Below, one piece after another: positions 18,890 through 27,711 of a stretch of DNA of 32,142 nt. Under the pieces are notes generated by a model. That model saw only the letters and a list, made by a program, of their open reading frames with translations. It searched no databases and had not been told where the DNA came from. This stretch comes from Candidatus Dojkabacteria bacterium CG_4_10_14_0_2_um_filter_Dojkabacteria_WS6_41_15 (GTDB lineage Bacteria > Patescibacteriota > Dojkabacteria > GCA-002793355), in NCBI GenBank assembly GCA_002793355.1, contig PFQB01000098.1, forward strand, positions 1 through 32,142. Direction: 5' to 3'. Made by a program: the position numbers and the translations under genes. The first letter of the stretch is position 1. Each line of letters begins with the position of its first letter.

Positions 18890-19546
18890 ATGCCACGAAA
18901 TTTTCAGCCAGTGATTGTGGAGCCAACTCCTTTTCCATCAGAATCAAAATTTGTATTAGCAATTGAAGAACGCGTTGATGGATTCCTCCAAACAATGCTA
19001 AAAGAAGAAGAATACGTAAGTGTACAAACAGCACTATGTTCATCCAAAGGATGGGTTGATACAAGCAACCATTTCTATAAACCAAAATCAAACAAAGGAA
19101 CGGATCAGCCGCACAGAGTCAGGGAAGAAAACGTAAAAGCGCTCGATGGAACATTGTATGCATGTGTTACGCACGCATATGTGCCAGAAGCACAAGAAGA
19201 TATGGAGCTGGAGACTAGCCGGGTAATTCCCGTTGCAGGGCAACATGGTTCGGTCGAGTTAGTGTGTAGAACGTACCAAGACGGAGATTCAGATAAGAAC
19301 TGGTCGGTATCGGTTAGTCCCTATAATGGGACTCATTGGTCTCTTGAAGTGATGAGTAATGTTGATGATTCCAATAGTGCTTTACGTGTTGTTGGTCAGC
19401 ATGAAGCAAATGAAGAGTTTCTGAAACCATTTAGTACCTATTTGGGCATTTCGGTTGGAGAATTGAAGCAGCTTTTACACGAGCAAACGAATGCTCTGAA
19501 GGTTATTGAAAAAATTCGCGAAATTCTTTTTTCAGAAACAGCGTGA
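18890..19546 (+). CDS. Hypothetical protein, ORFan set A member 1
   Basis: ATG 18890 after its own TATAAT (18848-18853) and a TTCCCCA leader motif. Confidence 0.75.
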   Translation: MPRNFQPVIVEPTPFPSESKFVLAIEERVDGFLQTMLKEEEYVSVQTALCSSKGWVDTSNHFYKPKSNKGTDQPHRVREENVKALDGTLYACVTHAYVPEAQEDMELETSRVIPVAGQHGSVELVCRTYQDGDSDKNWSVSVSPYNGTHWSLEVMSNVDDSNSALRVVGQHEANEEFLKPFSTYLGISVGELKQLLHEQTNALKVIEKIREILFSETA

Positions 19547-19616
19547 GCATTGGTGTTGAGATTGTAGAAGTGGTATAACTAGAAGCTCCCCACTATTTTT
19601 ATTAGGTACATTGACT

Positions 19617-20306
19617 ATGGCAGTAAAAGCAGCTAACGCGAATGGTTCAGAAGGGCTCACGACATCAATAAGGGCAAGCTTTCAATACGAGGACAATCGA
19701 TTAAGACGGGAAGTGACGGAAGAAAAGGTAGAACATGCGATTAAACAGGACCTCTCTTCACTAGCAATAAGACATTTAACCGAGCAAGAAATCGACGTGA
19801 TTCGACCTAAGAAGCAGAGTGAATTGGTCATAGAGGTTAGTAGCCCTAAGTGTCTTGGCTGTAAAAGGCAGATAGAGTATCACGCACATTTATTAGAAAG
19901 TGATAATGGCTTTTCTGTAGCATTTGACCATAAGCAGCGGGGGAAAGAGATTCTTTGTTCAGCAATTACTGTTTCAAGAGAATTTGCTGGTGTTGTTGCT
20001 GGAAATCCCAATAGTATTGTCATGAACATAGAAAGCAAGGGGGAACTTAACGAATACTCCAGGATTTCGGTGTCAATTCCCCAAGTTGACGCAACGAAGA
20101 CAGCAAAGTTAGTAATCTGCTTTCATGGATCCGTTGGTTGGGTAAATTGGAAAGACGAAATCAACAATGAAGAACTACTAGCGCTAATTCCGGATTTAAC
20201 ACCGGAGGACCTAAAGAACATGCATGTTGCTGCAACTCGTGACCGCGTATTTAACATTCTTCGCAGTATGCTATTCTTTAACAAGACGGTGGCTGAGGGG
20301 ACGTAA
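19617..20306 (+). CDS. Hypothetical protein, ORFan set A member 2
   Basis: ATG 19617 after TGgTATAAC (19571-19579) and CTCCCCA. Confidence 0.75.
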   Translation: MAVKAANANGSEGLTTSIRASFQYEDNRLRREVTEEKVEHAIKQDLSSLAIRHLTEQEIDVIRPKKQSELVIEVSSPKCLGCKRQIEYHAHLLESDNGFSVAFDHKQRGKEILCSAITVSREFAGVVAGNPNSIVMNIESKGELNEYSRISVSIPQVDATKTAKLVICFHGSVGWVNWKDEINNEELLALIPDLTPEDLKNMHVAATRDRVFNILRSMLFFNKTVAEGT

Positions 20307-20406
20307 GCACTAGCGCATTGTTTAAGGTTATCAGTTAGTTATTGTAGGTAAACTGCCTGAAATGATATAATTACTGACTCCCCAAGTTAAATTACGCAAA
20401 TAGATT

Positions 20407-21108
20407 ATGCCAAGTGCTGATACAGAACATATTAGTAAGGAAAAAATTTTCGTTTATAAAGACCCACAAGGTGGACCAGTCTCTGAAAACGATAAAAGGG
20501 TAGTTACAAGAGATATTGCTACGAAAATAGGTAAGCTTGTAAAGGAGTCCTTTCCAAAAGCATTTTTGGATGAAGTCTTGGCTGAATGTCCGGAACTGGA
20601 GTGTAGTGCAACGACACCTAGAAAACATCTTGATGGTAATTTTAGGGCAATTAAATATACAGCAACTGCTAATTATCCCACAAAGAACGGTGCAGCTGTA
20701 AGAATTAGTCTCAACAGAGAACCCGAGCGACAAGCCAGCCGAAAGATTGTTGTTAAAAGAGAAAATGAAGGTAAGTTCGGCATATGCTCAGTAAAGTATG
20801 TTACCGCATGGAATCCCGGAGCTAATCAACATACAGAGTTTGTCGAGGTCGCTGTCATAGGAGATGATTATAAGCCAGCTTCGTTGATTATTTCCAGAAG
20901 AGCTGATGGAAAACGAAATGTAAAAATTGTTGGGGAAGGTGCAACTAATCCTTCGGCCATCGGAGAGATAAAAGATTATCTTGGTTTAAGAAGCGATATC
21001 ACTCTTATGAAGCCAGGAGCTGAAGATGTATGGGAATTTTCGCCAGATGCTGAAGACATCGAAGGAAAAGTGCTCTTAATGGTGTTCGCCAATCGTTGCG
21101 GAGATTGA
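20407..21108 (+). CDS. Hypothetical protein, ORFan set A member 3
   Basis: ATG 20407 after TGaTATAAT (20363-20371) and CTCCCCA. Confidence 0.75.
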   Translation: MPSADTEHISKEKIFVYKDPQGGPVSENDKRVVTRDIATKIGKLVKESFPKAFLDEVLAECPELECSATTPRKHLDGNFRAIKYTATANYPTKNGAAVRISLNREPERQASRKIVVKRENEGKFGICSVKYVTAWNPGANQHTEFVEVAVIGDDYKPASLIISRRADGKRNVKIVGEGATNPSAIGEIKDYLGLRSDITLMKPGAEDVWEFSPDAEDIEGKVLLMVFANRCGD

Positions 21109-21126
21109 GAAACTTATCTGTAGGGA

Positions 21127-22047
21127 TTAACGAAGCAGTTCTCTCCACACAAATGCCCCAAGTTCTCCTTTCAATACTTTTTCAACTTGTGAAGTTTTAT
21201 ATCCAATTCTTGTATCTTTTACGTAGTTTAACCCAAAATCGTAGGTGCGAATGACGGATTCCAGAGAAGTCGCCTTGTAGCTTGCAAGTTCTTTGGCTTG
21301 GCGTTCTTCTTCTCTTTTTAGGAGTGCAGCTCTTAGCAAAGTAAGGGCATTTTGTTTATTTTGCAACTGACTTCGAGATTGACTGTTTTTGATCATAATT
21401 CCCGTCGGGATGTGCTTGACGATAACTGCAGTTTCCACCTTGTTCACATTCTGTCCACCGGGGCCACTAGTACGTCCGGTCTTTATTTCCAAATCGCTTT
21501 CTTTAATGAGTACCGAATCTTTGGCGCTTGCCGTTGGATAAATCTGTACTAGGCAGTTAGAAGTCTGCATTTTTCCCTTTGTCCCGAAGGGTGACTTACG
21601 TTCTAAACGGTGTGAACCTTCCTCTTTTTGAAAGGCAAGGTACGCATAAGAATCCGAAATTTCAATGCTGGCATGAGTTATTCCTGCGGTCGGATCCGGT
21701 TCATATTCCAATAATTCATATTTTGCCCCCAAGTGCTTTAAATACTCAATGTACATGGTGGTAAGCATATCGGTCCAGTCTTGGGCATCTAACCCACCTT
21801 GGCCAACGCGAAGATCAAGGATACAACCACGGGATTCGAAACTACTAACGTTATTTTGCAATATTTCGGGAAGAATTCGCTGCGTTTCTGCATGCACTTC
21901 TGCAAGCAATGAAGCGTCGGATACGGCCATTTGCCATAACTCCTGCAACGAAATACCCTGGGGGGTATGCCATAGCTTGCTCTCGTAGGCGAATAAATCG
22001 GGTAATTCCTTCTCGGTCAATTGGTTAAATATGTTGTGCAATAGCAT
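21127..22047 (-). CDS. prfB: Peptide chain release factor 2 (compact, no programmed frameshift)
   Basis: GQGGLDAQDW, RF2 specificity motif SPF (HRLERKSPF), GPGGQNVNKVETAV, RSQLQNK, IRTY. Confidence 0.88.
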   Translation of the reverse strand: MLLHNIFNQLTEKELPDLFAYESKLWHTPQGISLQELWQMAVSDASLLAEVHAETQRILPEILQNNVSSFESRGCILDLRVGQGGLDAQDWTDMLTTMYIEYLKHLGAKYELLEYEPDPTAGITHASIEISDSYAYLAFQKEEGSHRLERKSPFGTKGKMQTSNCLVQIYPTASAKDSVLIKESDLEIKTGRTSGPGGQNVNKVETAVIVKHIPTGIMIKNSQSRSQLQNKQNALTLLRAALLKREEERQAKELASYKATSLESVIRTYDFGLNYVKDTRIGYKTSQVEKVLKGELGAFVWRELLR

Positions 22048-22069
22048 AGGTAGGGTATAATGAAATCAG

Positions 22070-23656
22070 ATGAAACCTGTCCTACTGATTATAATGGATG
22101 GACTCGGCGTTGGCAAAGATTATGCAGGCAACGCAGTGCTCCATGCAAAAACCCCCACGCTAGATCGATTGTGGACGCGCGCAGATAAGCGGTTGCTTCT
22201 TGGCGCTTCCGGCCCAGATGTTGGGCTTCCTGCTGGTGTTCCGGGCAACAGCGAAGTTGGCCATTTGAACCTTGGCGCCGGTACGGTTGTGTATCAAATG
22301 ATTTCTACCATTAATGATTCGATTATTGACGGATCATTTTTCAAGAGTGAGGTGTTAATTCGCATGGCAAAGGACGTTAATCAGAATCACCGAACGCTGC
22401 ACATTATGGGGCTTTTGTCGGCTTCTGGTGTACACGCGGATGTCCGTCACCTTTTTTCGCTCATGGAATTTTGCCACAAGAATAAGATTGATCCTGTTTT
22501 TCATATTATTACCGACGGTCGGGATACCCCACGCTTCGAAGCCCGTTTTTATCTAAAGAAACTGCGAGAAAAGATGTTCCAATATGGCATGAAACGGATT
22601 GGAAGTGTTAGTGGTCGTTTCTACGCTATGGATCGTAATAATGCCTGGGATAGAATCAAACTTGCGTACGATGCAATGGTTGGGCGCAGTGGACTGAAAG
22701 AAACCGAACCCGAGGTCGCTTTAGAACATGCCTATGCACGGCAAGAAGATGACGAAACTCTGACTCCAACAATTATTGTTGACACCAATGGAAACCCAGT
22801 CGGTCCTGTTACGCAAAACGATGTGGTCCTATTCTTTAATTTTCGCGAAGATCGGGCACGTCAAATCACCAAGGCGTTCGTATCACCAACCGAAAAGTTT
22901 GCAGAGTTCGATCGCCCCTTTGTTATCGAACGCTTTATTACCATGTCAGGGTATGAAGAGGGCCTTCCTGTCGATGTTCTGTTCTCGTCAAAAGAGAATT
23001 ATGAACCAATTTCGGACACGATATCAAAAGCAGGCAAGAAACAATTTCATATTGCAGAAACAGAAAAATATGCCCACGTTACGTACTTTTTTAATGGGGG
23101 GAGAGAGGCGACTGCCGAAGGTGAAGAATTCAGTATAATCCAGTCGCCAAAAGTAAAAGATTATTCAACGGTACCGGAAATGTCCGCCTATCAAGTTACT
23201 GATGTTTTGCTTGAAAGGATGCGAAAAAAGCAGGATGACTTCTATCTGTTGAACTTGGCAAATCCTGATATGGTTGGCCACAGCGGAAAACTTATGCAAA
23301 CTGCGCGTGCTGTCGAAGTTACCGATCGTTGTGTGTATTTTTTGGTAAAAGAAATGCTGTCGCAAGGTGGGCAAGTGCTTATTACTGCAGACCACGGCAA
23401 CGCCGAACAAAAAATAAACCCTGTAACTGGCGAACCAGACAGAAACCATACGTTAAACTTGGTCCCGTTTATGCATATTGTAAATCCTGATGTTTTCGAT
23501 GATGGCAAATGGAATGATGGGACGAATCTTCTTAGGCTGGTATATGATGCAACCGTAATGGACAAAAACGGCATACTTTCTGATATTCCCGCAACTATTC
23601 TCAAGCTGTTGGATGTAAAAGGAGCGGACAGTATGACGGGGCAGAGTTTGGTGTAG
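22070..23656 (+). CDS. gpmI: 2,3-bisphosphoglycerate-independent phosphoglycerate mutase
   Basis: LIIMDGLG, GNSEVGHLNLGAG, DGRDT, GRFYAMDR, AETEKYAHVTYFFNGG, NPDMVGHSG, TADHGNAE. Confidence 0.98.
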   Translation: MKPVLLIIMDGLGVGKDYAGNAVLHAKTPTLDRLWTRADKRLLLGASGPDVGLPAGVPGNSEVGHLNLGAGTVVYQMISTINDSIIDGSFFKSEVLIRMAKDVNQNHRTLHIMGLLSASGVHADVRHLFSLMEFCHKNKIDPVFHIITDGRDTPRFEARFYLKKLREKMFQYGMKRIGSVSGRFYAMDRNNAWDRIKLAYDAMVGRSGLKETEPEVALEHAYARQEDDETLTPTIIVDTNGNPVGPVTQNDVVLFFNFREDRARQITKAFVSPTEKFAEFDRPFVIERFITMSGYEEGLPVDVLFSSKENYEPISDTISKAGKKQFHIAETEKYAHVTYFFNGGREATAEGEEFSIIQSPKVKDYSTVPEMSAYQVTDVLLERMRKKQDDFYLLNLANPDMVGHSGKLMQTARAVEVTDRCVYFLVKEMLSQGGQVLITADHGNAEQKINPVTGEPDRNHTLNLVPFMHIVNPDVFDDGKWNDGTNLLRLVYDATVMDKNGILSDIPATILKLLDVKGADSMTGQSLV

Positions 23657-23675
23657 CAAGATGTGGTACGGATAC

Positions 23676-23704
23676 TTGTCTGTTTTTGCTAGATATCCTA
23701 TAAT
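23676..23704 (+). promoter_or_regulatory. Sigma70-type promoter for a leaderless ORFan
   Basis: TTGTCT (23676-23681)-17-TATAAT (23699-23704)-5 nt-ATG. Confidence 0.7.
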
Positions 23705-23709
23705 ACGCG

Positions 23710-24549
23710 ATGGCGGTAGTAAAACCAGCACAAGAGCCTTGGAAAGAAGGTAAACCTCAATCGTATTCAATCAGTGAAATTACTGAAGCAAGAAAAGTTG
23801 GGCTAAGAAGTGACCCAACACTAAGAGCGCAAATGACCCCTATCGAAGGGAGAACGGCTTCTCGTGGCATAGCTTATGTGAATTTAGGCTTAATTGCGAA
23901 GCATGGCGCAGACCAAAGCGACGTAATTTTTGGTGGGCACGACGACAGTTGGAGTGTTGCTGCTGTAAACACCTCTTGTCTTGATTCTGTTGATGGTATG
24001 GTCGGTTCAGGTAGAGCAATTATCGAGACGAATAGTCAACGACCAAAGGTTAATACTACATATGCACTAGATACAGATTTGAAAGATCCCAATGCTATTT
24101 GCGTTGATATCGAAAGTGAGGCGTTGCCCGGTAAGCACGGCTTAGGTTTGGCACTTTGGACAAAGAGTGGCAATAAACCTGTGCAAATTGACTTAACAGA
24201 TCCAGATTTAAGTGCGCTGGCAATAGTGAACAACTCATGTTTGTTGCCTATACTGTATGAATTGAAAGTGCCTACAGATACAGGAACTATCGACATTTCA
24301 CTCGAAATCATCATGACGAACCAGCAGCTAGATATACGTATTATCAGTGCTGAAGCACACTTTAGTATTCAAGTTCCTAAAGCTTCAATGTCTGTCTTTA
24401 ACGAATTAACTTCTGACGTGTTTGACTCATTATGTCAAGGCAAAGTATTTAACCCTTATCGCCCGAAAGTATACAAATTCAATAAGGATAGTTCTCCTTC
24501 GAATCTGGGAATTTCAGCAGTTGGTTCTGGCTCGTGGTATCTTTCATAA
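23710..24549 (+). CDS. Hypothetical protein, ORFan set B member 1
   Basis: 279-aa ORF with its own promoter; C-terminus aligns with the next ORF. Confidence 0.75.
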   Translation: MAVVKPAQEPWKEGKPQSYSISEITEARKVGLRSDPTLRAQMTPIEGRTASRGIAYVNLGLIAKHGADQSDVIFGGHDDSWSVAAVNTSCLDSVDGMVGSGRAIIETNSQRPKVNTTYALDTDLKDPNAICVDIESEALPGKHGLGLALWTKSGNKPVQIDLTDPDLSALAIVNNSCLLPILYELKVPTDTGTIDISLEIIMTNQQLDIRIISAEAHFSIQVPKASMSVFNELTSDVFDSLCQGKVFNPYRPKVYKFNKDSSPSNLGISAVGSGSWYLS

Positions 24550-24592
24550 TCTGCAATGAGTACAAGCACATAAATTATTGATATAATATAGG

Positions 24593-25495
24593 ATGTTTGA
24601 CAACTTGGAGAATCTTGGTGGTGATTCTGAAGATTCACTTGCTAGGTTAATGCAAGATGCGAGAGAAAATGGATTACAGATTCAGACTATACCAGGGAAT
24701 CATTCTATTGGAGGAGGTCGTTCAATATTCGTTTTTGTTACCCATCCTCGCCAAGATGGAGATGTTCAATTGGCTTATTATGAAGTTGAGGACACATATT
24801 ATGAACTTGGTGAGCATACTGTGGACTGTTCTCTTGCAGGTGAAGGCTTTCAGTGTGAAAGTGGAGAACGTACTATCTTAACTGGCCAGAATCCTGGAGC
24901 TGAATGCCATTCAATAATAACATTTCCGACTGCAGGTGGCACACCAAATATGGCGATGAATTTTCAGGCATCCTCCTATATGCTTGCAAATGGAGGTAAA
25001 ACTTCGCAATCTGTTGAAATTACGATTGGGGCAGCGTCTGTAAGTCTAAATCTTGACGATTTTGAATTAATTGATGATTCTGCCCTTGAAGCAGTCGAAA
25101 CAGATTCTGGCGCTGAAGTTGGGGCTGAGGATGATATTGTATTTGATATTGATGAGAAGGGGCTTCATCTAGTCGAGAGCTCGCGATGCCAAGAAGAAAT
25201 AGTCCAGGATATCGATTTGACTTCAGCATTATTTTTCGATGAAGTACGAAATACAAGAAAATACCATTTAGAAGGCTTGGCACATCCTATTGCTGTTACC
25301 TGCTTTCGCTACGCCTCGCATACTCTTATCACGTTGCGCTATCAAGGAACAAAAATAAAAGTGGATTTTCCTGTTCCGACAAGCGAGGGATTATTAGATA
25401 TTGAAGAAATGGTTGGGTATGCACTGCAAGATGGAAATCTACCAATGTTTGCGGTCCCAAAAGTGGTTGATTTGCAAAGACACCTTGCGCAATAA
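24593..25495 (+). CDS. Hypothetical acidic protein, ORFan set B member 2
   Basis: 300-aa ORF; TGaTATAAT (24579-24587)-5 nt-ATG. Confidence 0.75.
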   Translation: MFDNLENLGGDSEDSLARLMQDARENGLQIQTIPGNHSIGGGRSIFVFVTHPRQDGDVQLAYYEVEDTYYELGEHTVDCSLAGEGFQCESGERTILTGQNPGAECHSIITFPTAGGTPNMAMNFQASSYMLANGGKTSQSVEITIGAASVSLNLDDFELIDDSALEAVETDSGAEVGAEDDIVFDIDEKGLHLVESSRCQEEIVQDIDLTSALFFDEVRNTRKYHLEGLAHPIAVTCFRYASHTLITLRYQGTKIKVDFPVPTSEGLLDIEEMVGYALQDGNLPMFAVPKVVDLQRHLAQ

Positions 25496-25548
25496 CAAAT
25501 TCTGAATACTTGAATTTTCTTTTTTTGAAAAATGCTACAATGTTTTCG

Positions 25549-26793
25549 ATGACCCGAGTCCTCGATTTTTTTAAGAAATACTGGCTACCCATAACACTGA
25601 TTTCGCTGGCGATAACGTCCAAGTTTATTGGTTTTCTGCGTAATGCCTTTATCGCCTACTTCTTTGGCGCGTCGTATACGTCGGATTTGTTGGGAATTTT
25701 GATGTTTCCAACGGACTTTGTGTTGGCATACCTGATTAACCAAACGATTATTACCGCGTTAACAATCTTTTTCTCGCGAGACCAATCTGCAAAACGGGAA
25801 GTTTTTTTACGAACGTTCCATTTTTACCGGGTAATTCTCACTATAGCTTCGGTAGTCTTGGCAATTGTGATGATTGTTGTGTATCCAACGGTTCCCTGGC
25901 AGTACGGTGTTTTAGCAGCGATCCCCGGGATTTTCTATGGTATGGCGGGCATTATTCAAAGTTACCTGAACTACAATCGGGTATTTATATGGCCAGCAAC
26001 GCAAGAATTAATTGCGAATCTCGTTTTGTTATTCGGCGTTGCTCTTGCTGCGAAATACGGAATTTATTGGTATGTGGTGGTGATGATTGCGGTGGGAATG
26101 TTGCGGATTTTAGTGATGTACCCCGATTTGCGCAGACTGCTGGCGGATAAACCCTGGATTCGCGAATTATTTGGTATTCAGAAGATAAAGTTTGAAAAGG
26201 AATTACTTATTTATATCGGCCCGATTTTATTTACTTTTATTTTGTCGGGCCTGCCCGGCTTCCTGATTTTGCACAAGCTAAATGCAGCCGGCGAAGGCTA
26301 CATTGCAGCATACAACTATGCCAACAAGATTATCAACCTGTTTAACCCCATTTTTGTGATTCCGCTGACCACCTACCTGATTCCCACCATGCAACGGTGG
26401 ATAGAAGAGAAACGATCAGTTGTTGCGGTCAATACGACCGCTTTCTTGTTGCTGGGCTCGGCCTCTTTTGCCTTCGCCCTCGTCCTCGTCCTCTGGCCCG
26501 ACTTTCTAATAAACGCGATTTATGCCCGTGGGCACTTTGACCATCAAGCCTTGTGGTTAACCAGTAAGTTCCTGCGGTATCAAGCGTTTGCGGTGGTGGG
26601 CTACGCGCTGATGTACTACCTGTTGCAGTTGACGTTGCTGCATAACAAGCCCCGGCGTCTGATGGCCTCGTTTATTCTGGGCACGCTGGTGATCATCGGG
26701 CTACTGTATTTCTTGCCCTTTGCCCCGTACATTACGGTTGGTCTCTCGCTGACGTTGGGGGTGCTGGGGAGTATAGTTGTGTTGATACTTTGA
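25549..26793 (+). CDS. murJ: MurJ/MviN-family lipid II flippase (MOP superfamily)
   Basis: SKFIGFLRNAFIAYFFGAS, YNYANKIINL, IYARGHFD, many TM helices. Start 25549 chosen from TGcTACAAT (25533-25541)-7 nt-ATG. Confidence 0.85.
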   Translation: MTRVLDFFKKYWLPITLISLAITSKFIGFLRNAFIAYFFGASYTSDLLGILMFPTDFVLAYLINQTIITALTIFFSRDQSAKREVFLRTFHFYRVILTIASVVLAIVMIVVYPTVPWQYGVLAAIPGIFYGMAGIIQSYLNYNRVFIWPATQELIANLVLLFGVALAAKYGIYWYVVVMIAVGMLRILVMYPDLRRLLADKPWIRELFGIQKIKFEKELLIYIGPILFTFILSGLPGFLILHKLNAAGEGYIAAYNYANKIINLFNPIFVIPLTTYLIPTMQRWIEEKRSVVAVNTTAFLLLGSASFAFALVLVLWPDFLINAIYARGHFDHQALWLTSKFLRYQAFAVVGYALMYYLLQLTLLHNKPRRLMASFILGTLVIIGLLYFLPFAPYITVGLSLTLGVLGSIVVLIL

Positions 26794-26890
26794 AAGATGT
26801 AACTATTCCTTTACAACAAGTAATATATGAGAAATACTATCTTGATATGGTAACAAAGTATACATTCAAGGAGTATCGAAAACATACCGT

Positions 26891-27163
26891 TTAAGGATTA
26901 TCATTGGAACTTGGTATTTCGAATAAAATTCCAGTTGATTGAAATTTTTCATACAGTGCATCAAGAATAGTTTCTTCAAGGTCTTTAGGTAAGCGCTTGG
27001 GTGTACCTAATATATCACCAGAACGAACCCCACTGACAACAACGATACATGTGCGAATTTCAGGTGGTAATGATATTGAAACACTACAGTAATAATTTGC
27101 AAAGTTTTGTGAACAGAAATCTTCTGTGAATGTTTGAATGTCTTGTTTGGTTATTTCTTTCAT
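26891..27163 (-). CDS. Small hypothetical protein (probably leaderless)
   Basis: 90-aa ATG ORF with TGtTACAAT (27170-27178, minus strand) 6 nt upstream. Confidence 0.65.
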   Translation of the reverse strand: MKEITKQDIQTFTEDFCSQNFANYYCSVSISLPPEIRTCIVVVSGVRSGDILGTPKRLPKDLEETILDALYEKFQSTGILFEIPSSNDNP

Positions 27164-27293
27164 TCGTTAATTGTAACATGGTGCGAAATGCTTGCTATTA
27201 CGGAATAGTCACCAAAATGTATTATGTGGATGTGGTTAGAATGAACTGATATAATCAGAGCCTACACACTTTACCTCTTTAATGAGAATCACA

Positions 27294-27327
27294 ATACTTG
27301 ACTTGCGTCAAGTATCCGTACTATAAT
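27294..27327 (+). promoter_or_regulatory. Promoter P1 with a palindromic operator-like site over the -35 box
   Basis: TTGACT (27298-27303)-18-TATAAT (27322-27327); perfect inverted repeat ATACTTGAC-ttgc-GTCAAGTAT (27294-27315). Confidence 0.7.
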
Positions 27328-27332
27328 ATCGA

Positions 27333-27429
27333 TACAAACAAATATTGGGGCTGTTTGCTAGATACAGGCAGCACCAGAGGAGAGAAACGAGCGTCTCAAT
27401 TTCAGAGAAGCCACGCCTCTCTTTTTTTT
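27333..27429 (+). ncRNA. Putative ~95-nt small RNA
   Basis: Begins at the expected P1 start site. Hairpin TGGGGCTGTTTG/CAGGCAGCACCA, then a GAGAG..GCGT/ACGC-CTCTC stem and a T8 run. No ATG-initiated ORF. Confidence 0.6.
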
Positions 27430-27475
27430 GGCCGACGTCTTGTTTGACCTTAATTGGCATTTTTGCCCGGATTTC

Positions 27476-27504
27476 TTGACAAGCGAGTGCGGCCCAATTA
27501 TAAT
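27476..27504 (+). promoter_or_regulatory. Perfect consensus sigma70 promoter P2
   Basis: TTGACA (27476-27481)-17-TATAAT (27499-27504). Confidence 0.9.
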
Positions 27505-27597
27505 TGTAGTAACTTTATTTTCTCAGGCTATCTAAATCGCAAGGCCAGAGAAATATAAATATTTGTTTGTTTTTCCAACGACGTAAGGAGAGACAAA

Positions 27598-27660
27598 ATG
27601 CTCAGCTTTGACCAGTCAAATAGGATTAGGTTGGCTTTGTGTATGTTCTTTAACAATTAG
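27598..27660 (+). CDS. Possible 20-aa leader peptide MLSFDQSNRIRLALCMFFNN
   Basis: TAAGGAG (27584-27590) lies 7 nt before the ATG; the SD sits in a hairpin. Confidence 0.35.
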   Translation: MLSFDQSNRIRLALCMFFNN

Positions 27661-27711
27661 ACGGAGATATGGTACACCCTTCTAGATTAAGCAAACAGGA
27701 GGTATTTTACA

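Noticed and set aside
27347..27376. GGGGCTG...CAGCACCA resembles tmRNA or tRNA-Ala ends
   Set aside because: It is only a 30-nt hairpin with no T arm, and the TCC before ACCA needed for the G3-U70 acceptor stem is missing.
27520..27556. c-di-GMP-I riboswitch-like GGC...CGCAAGGCC hairpin
   Set aside because: It lacks the GGCAAA start, the GNRA-capped inner stem and the second receptor hairpin; treated as an ordinary hairpin of the P2 transcript.
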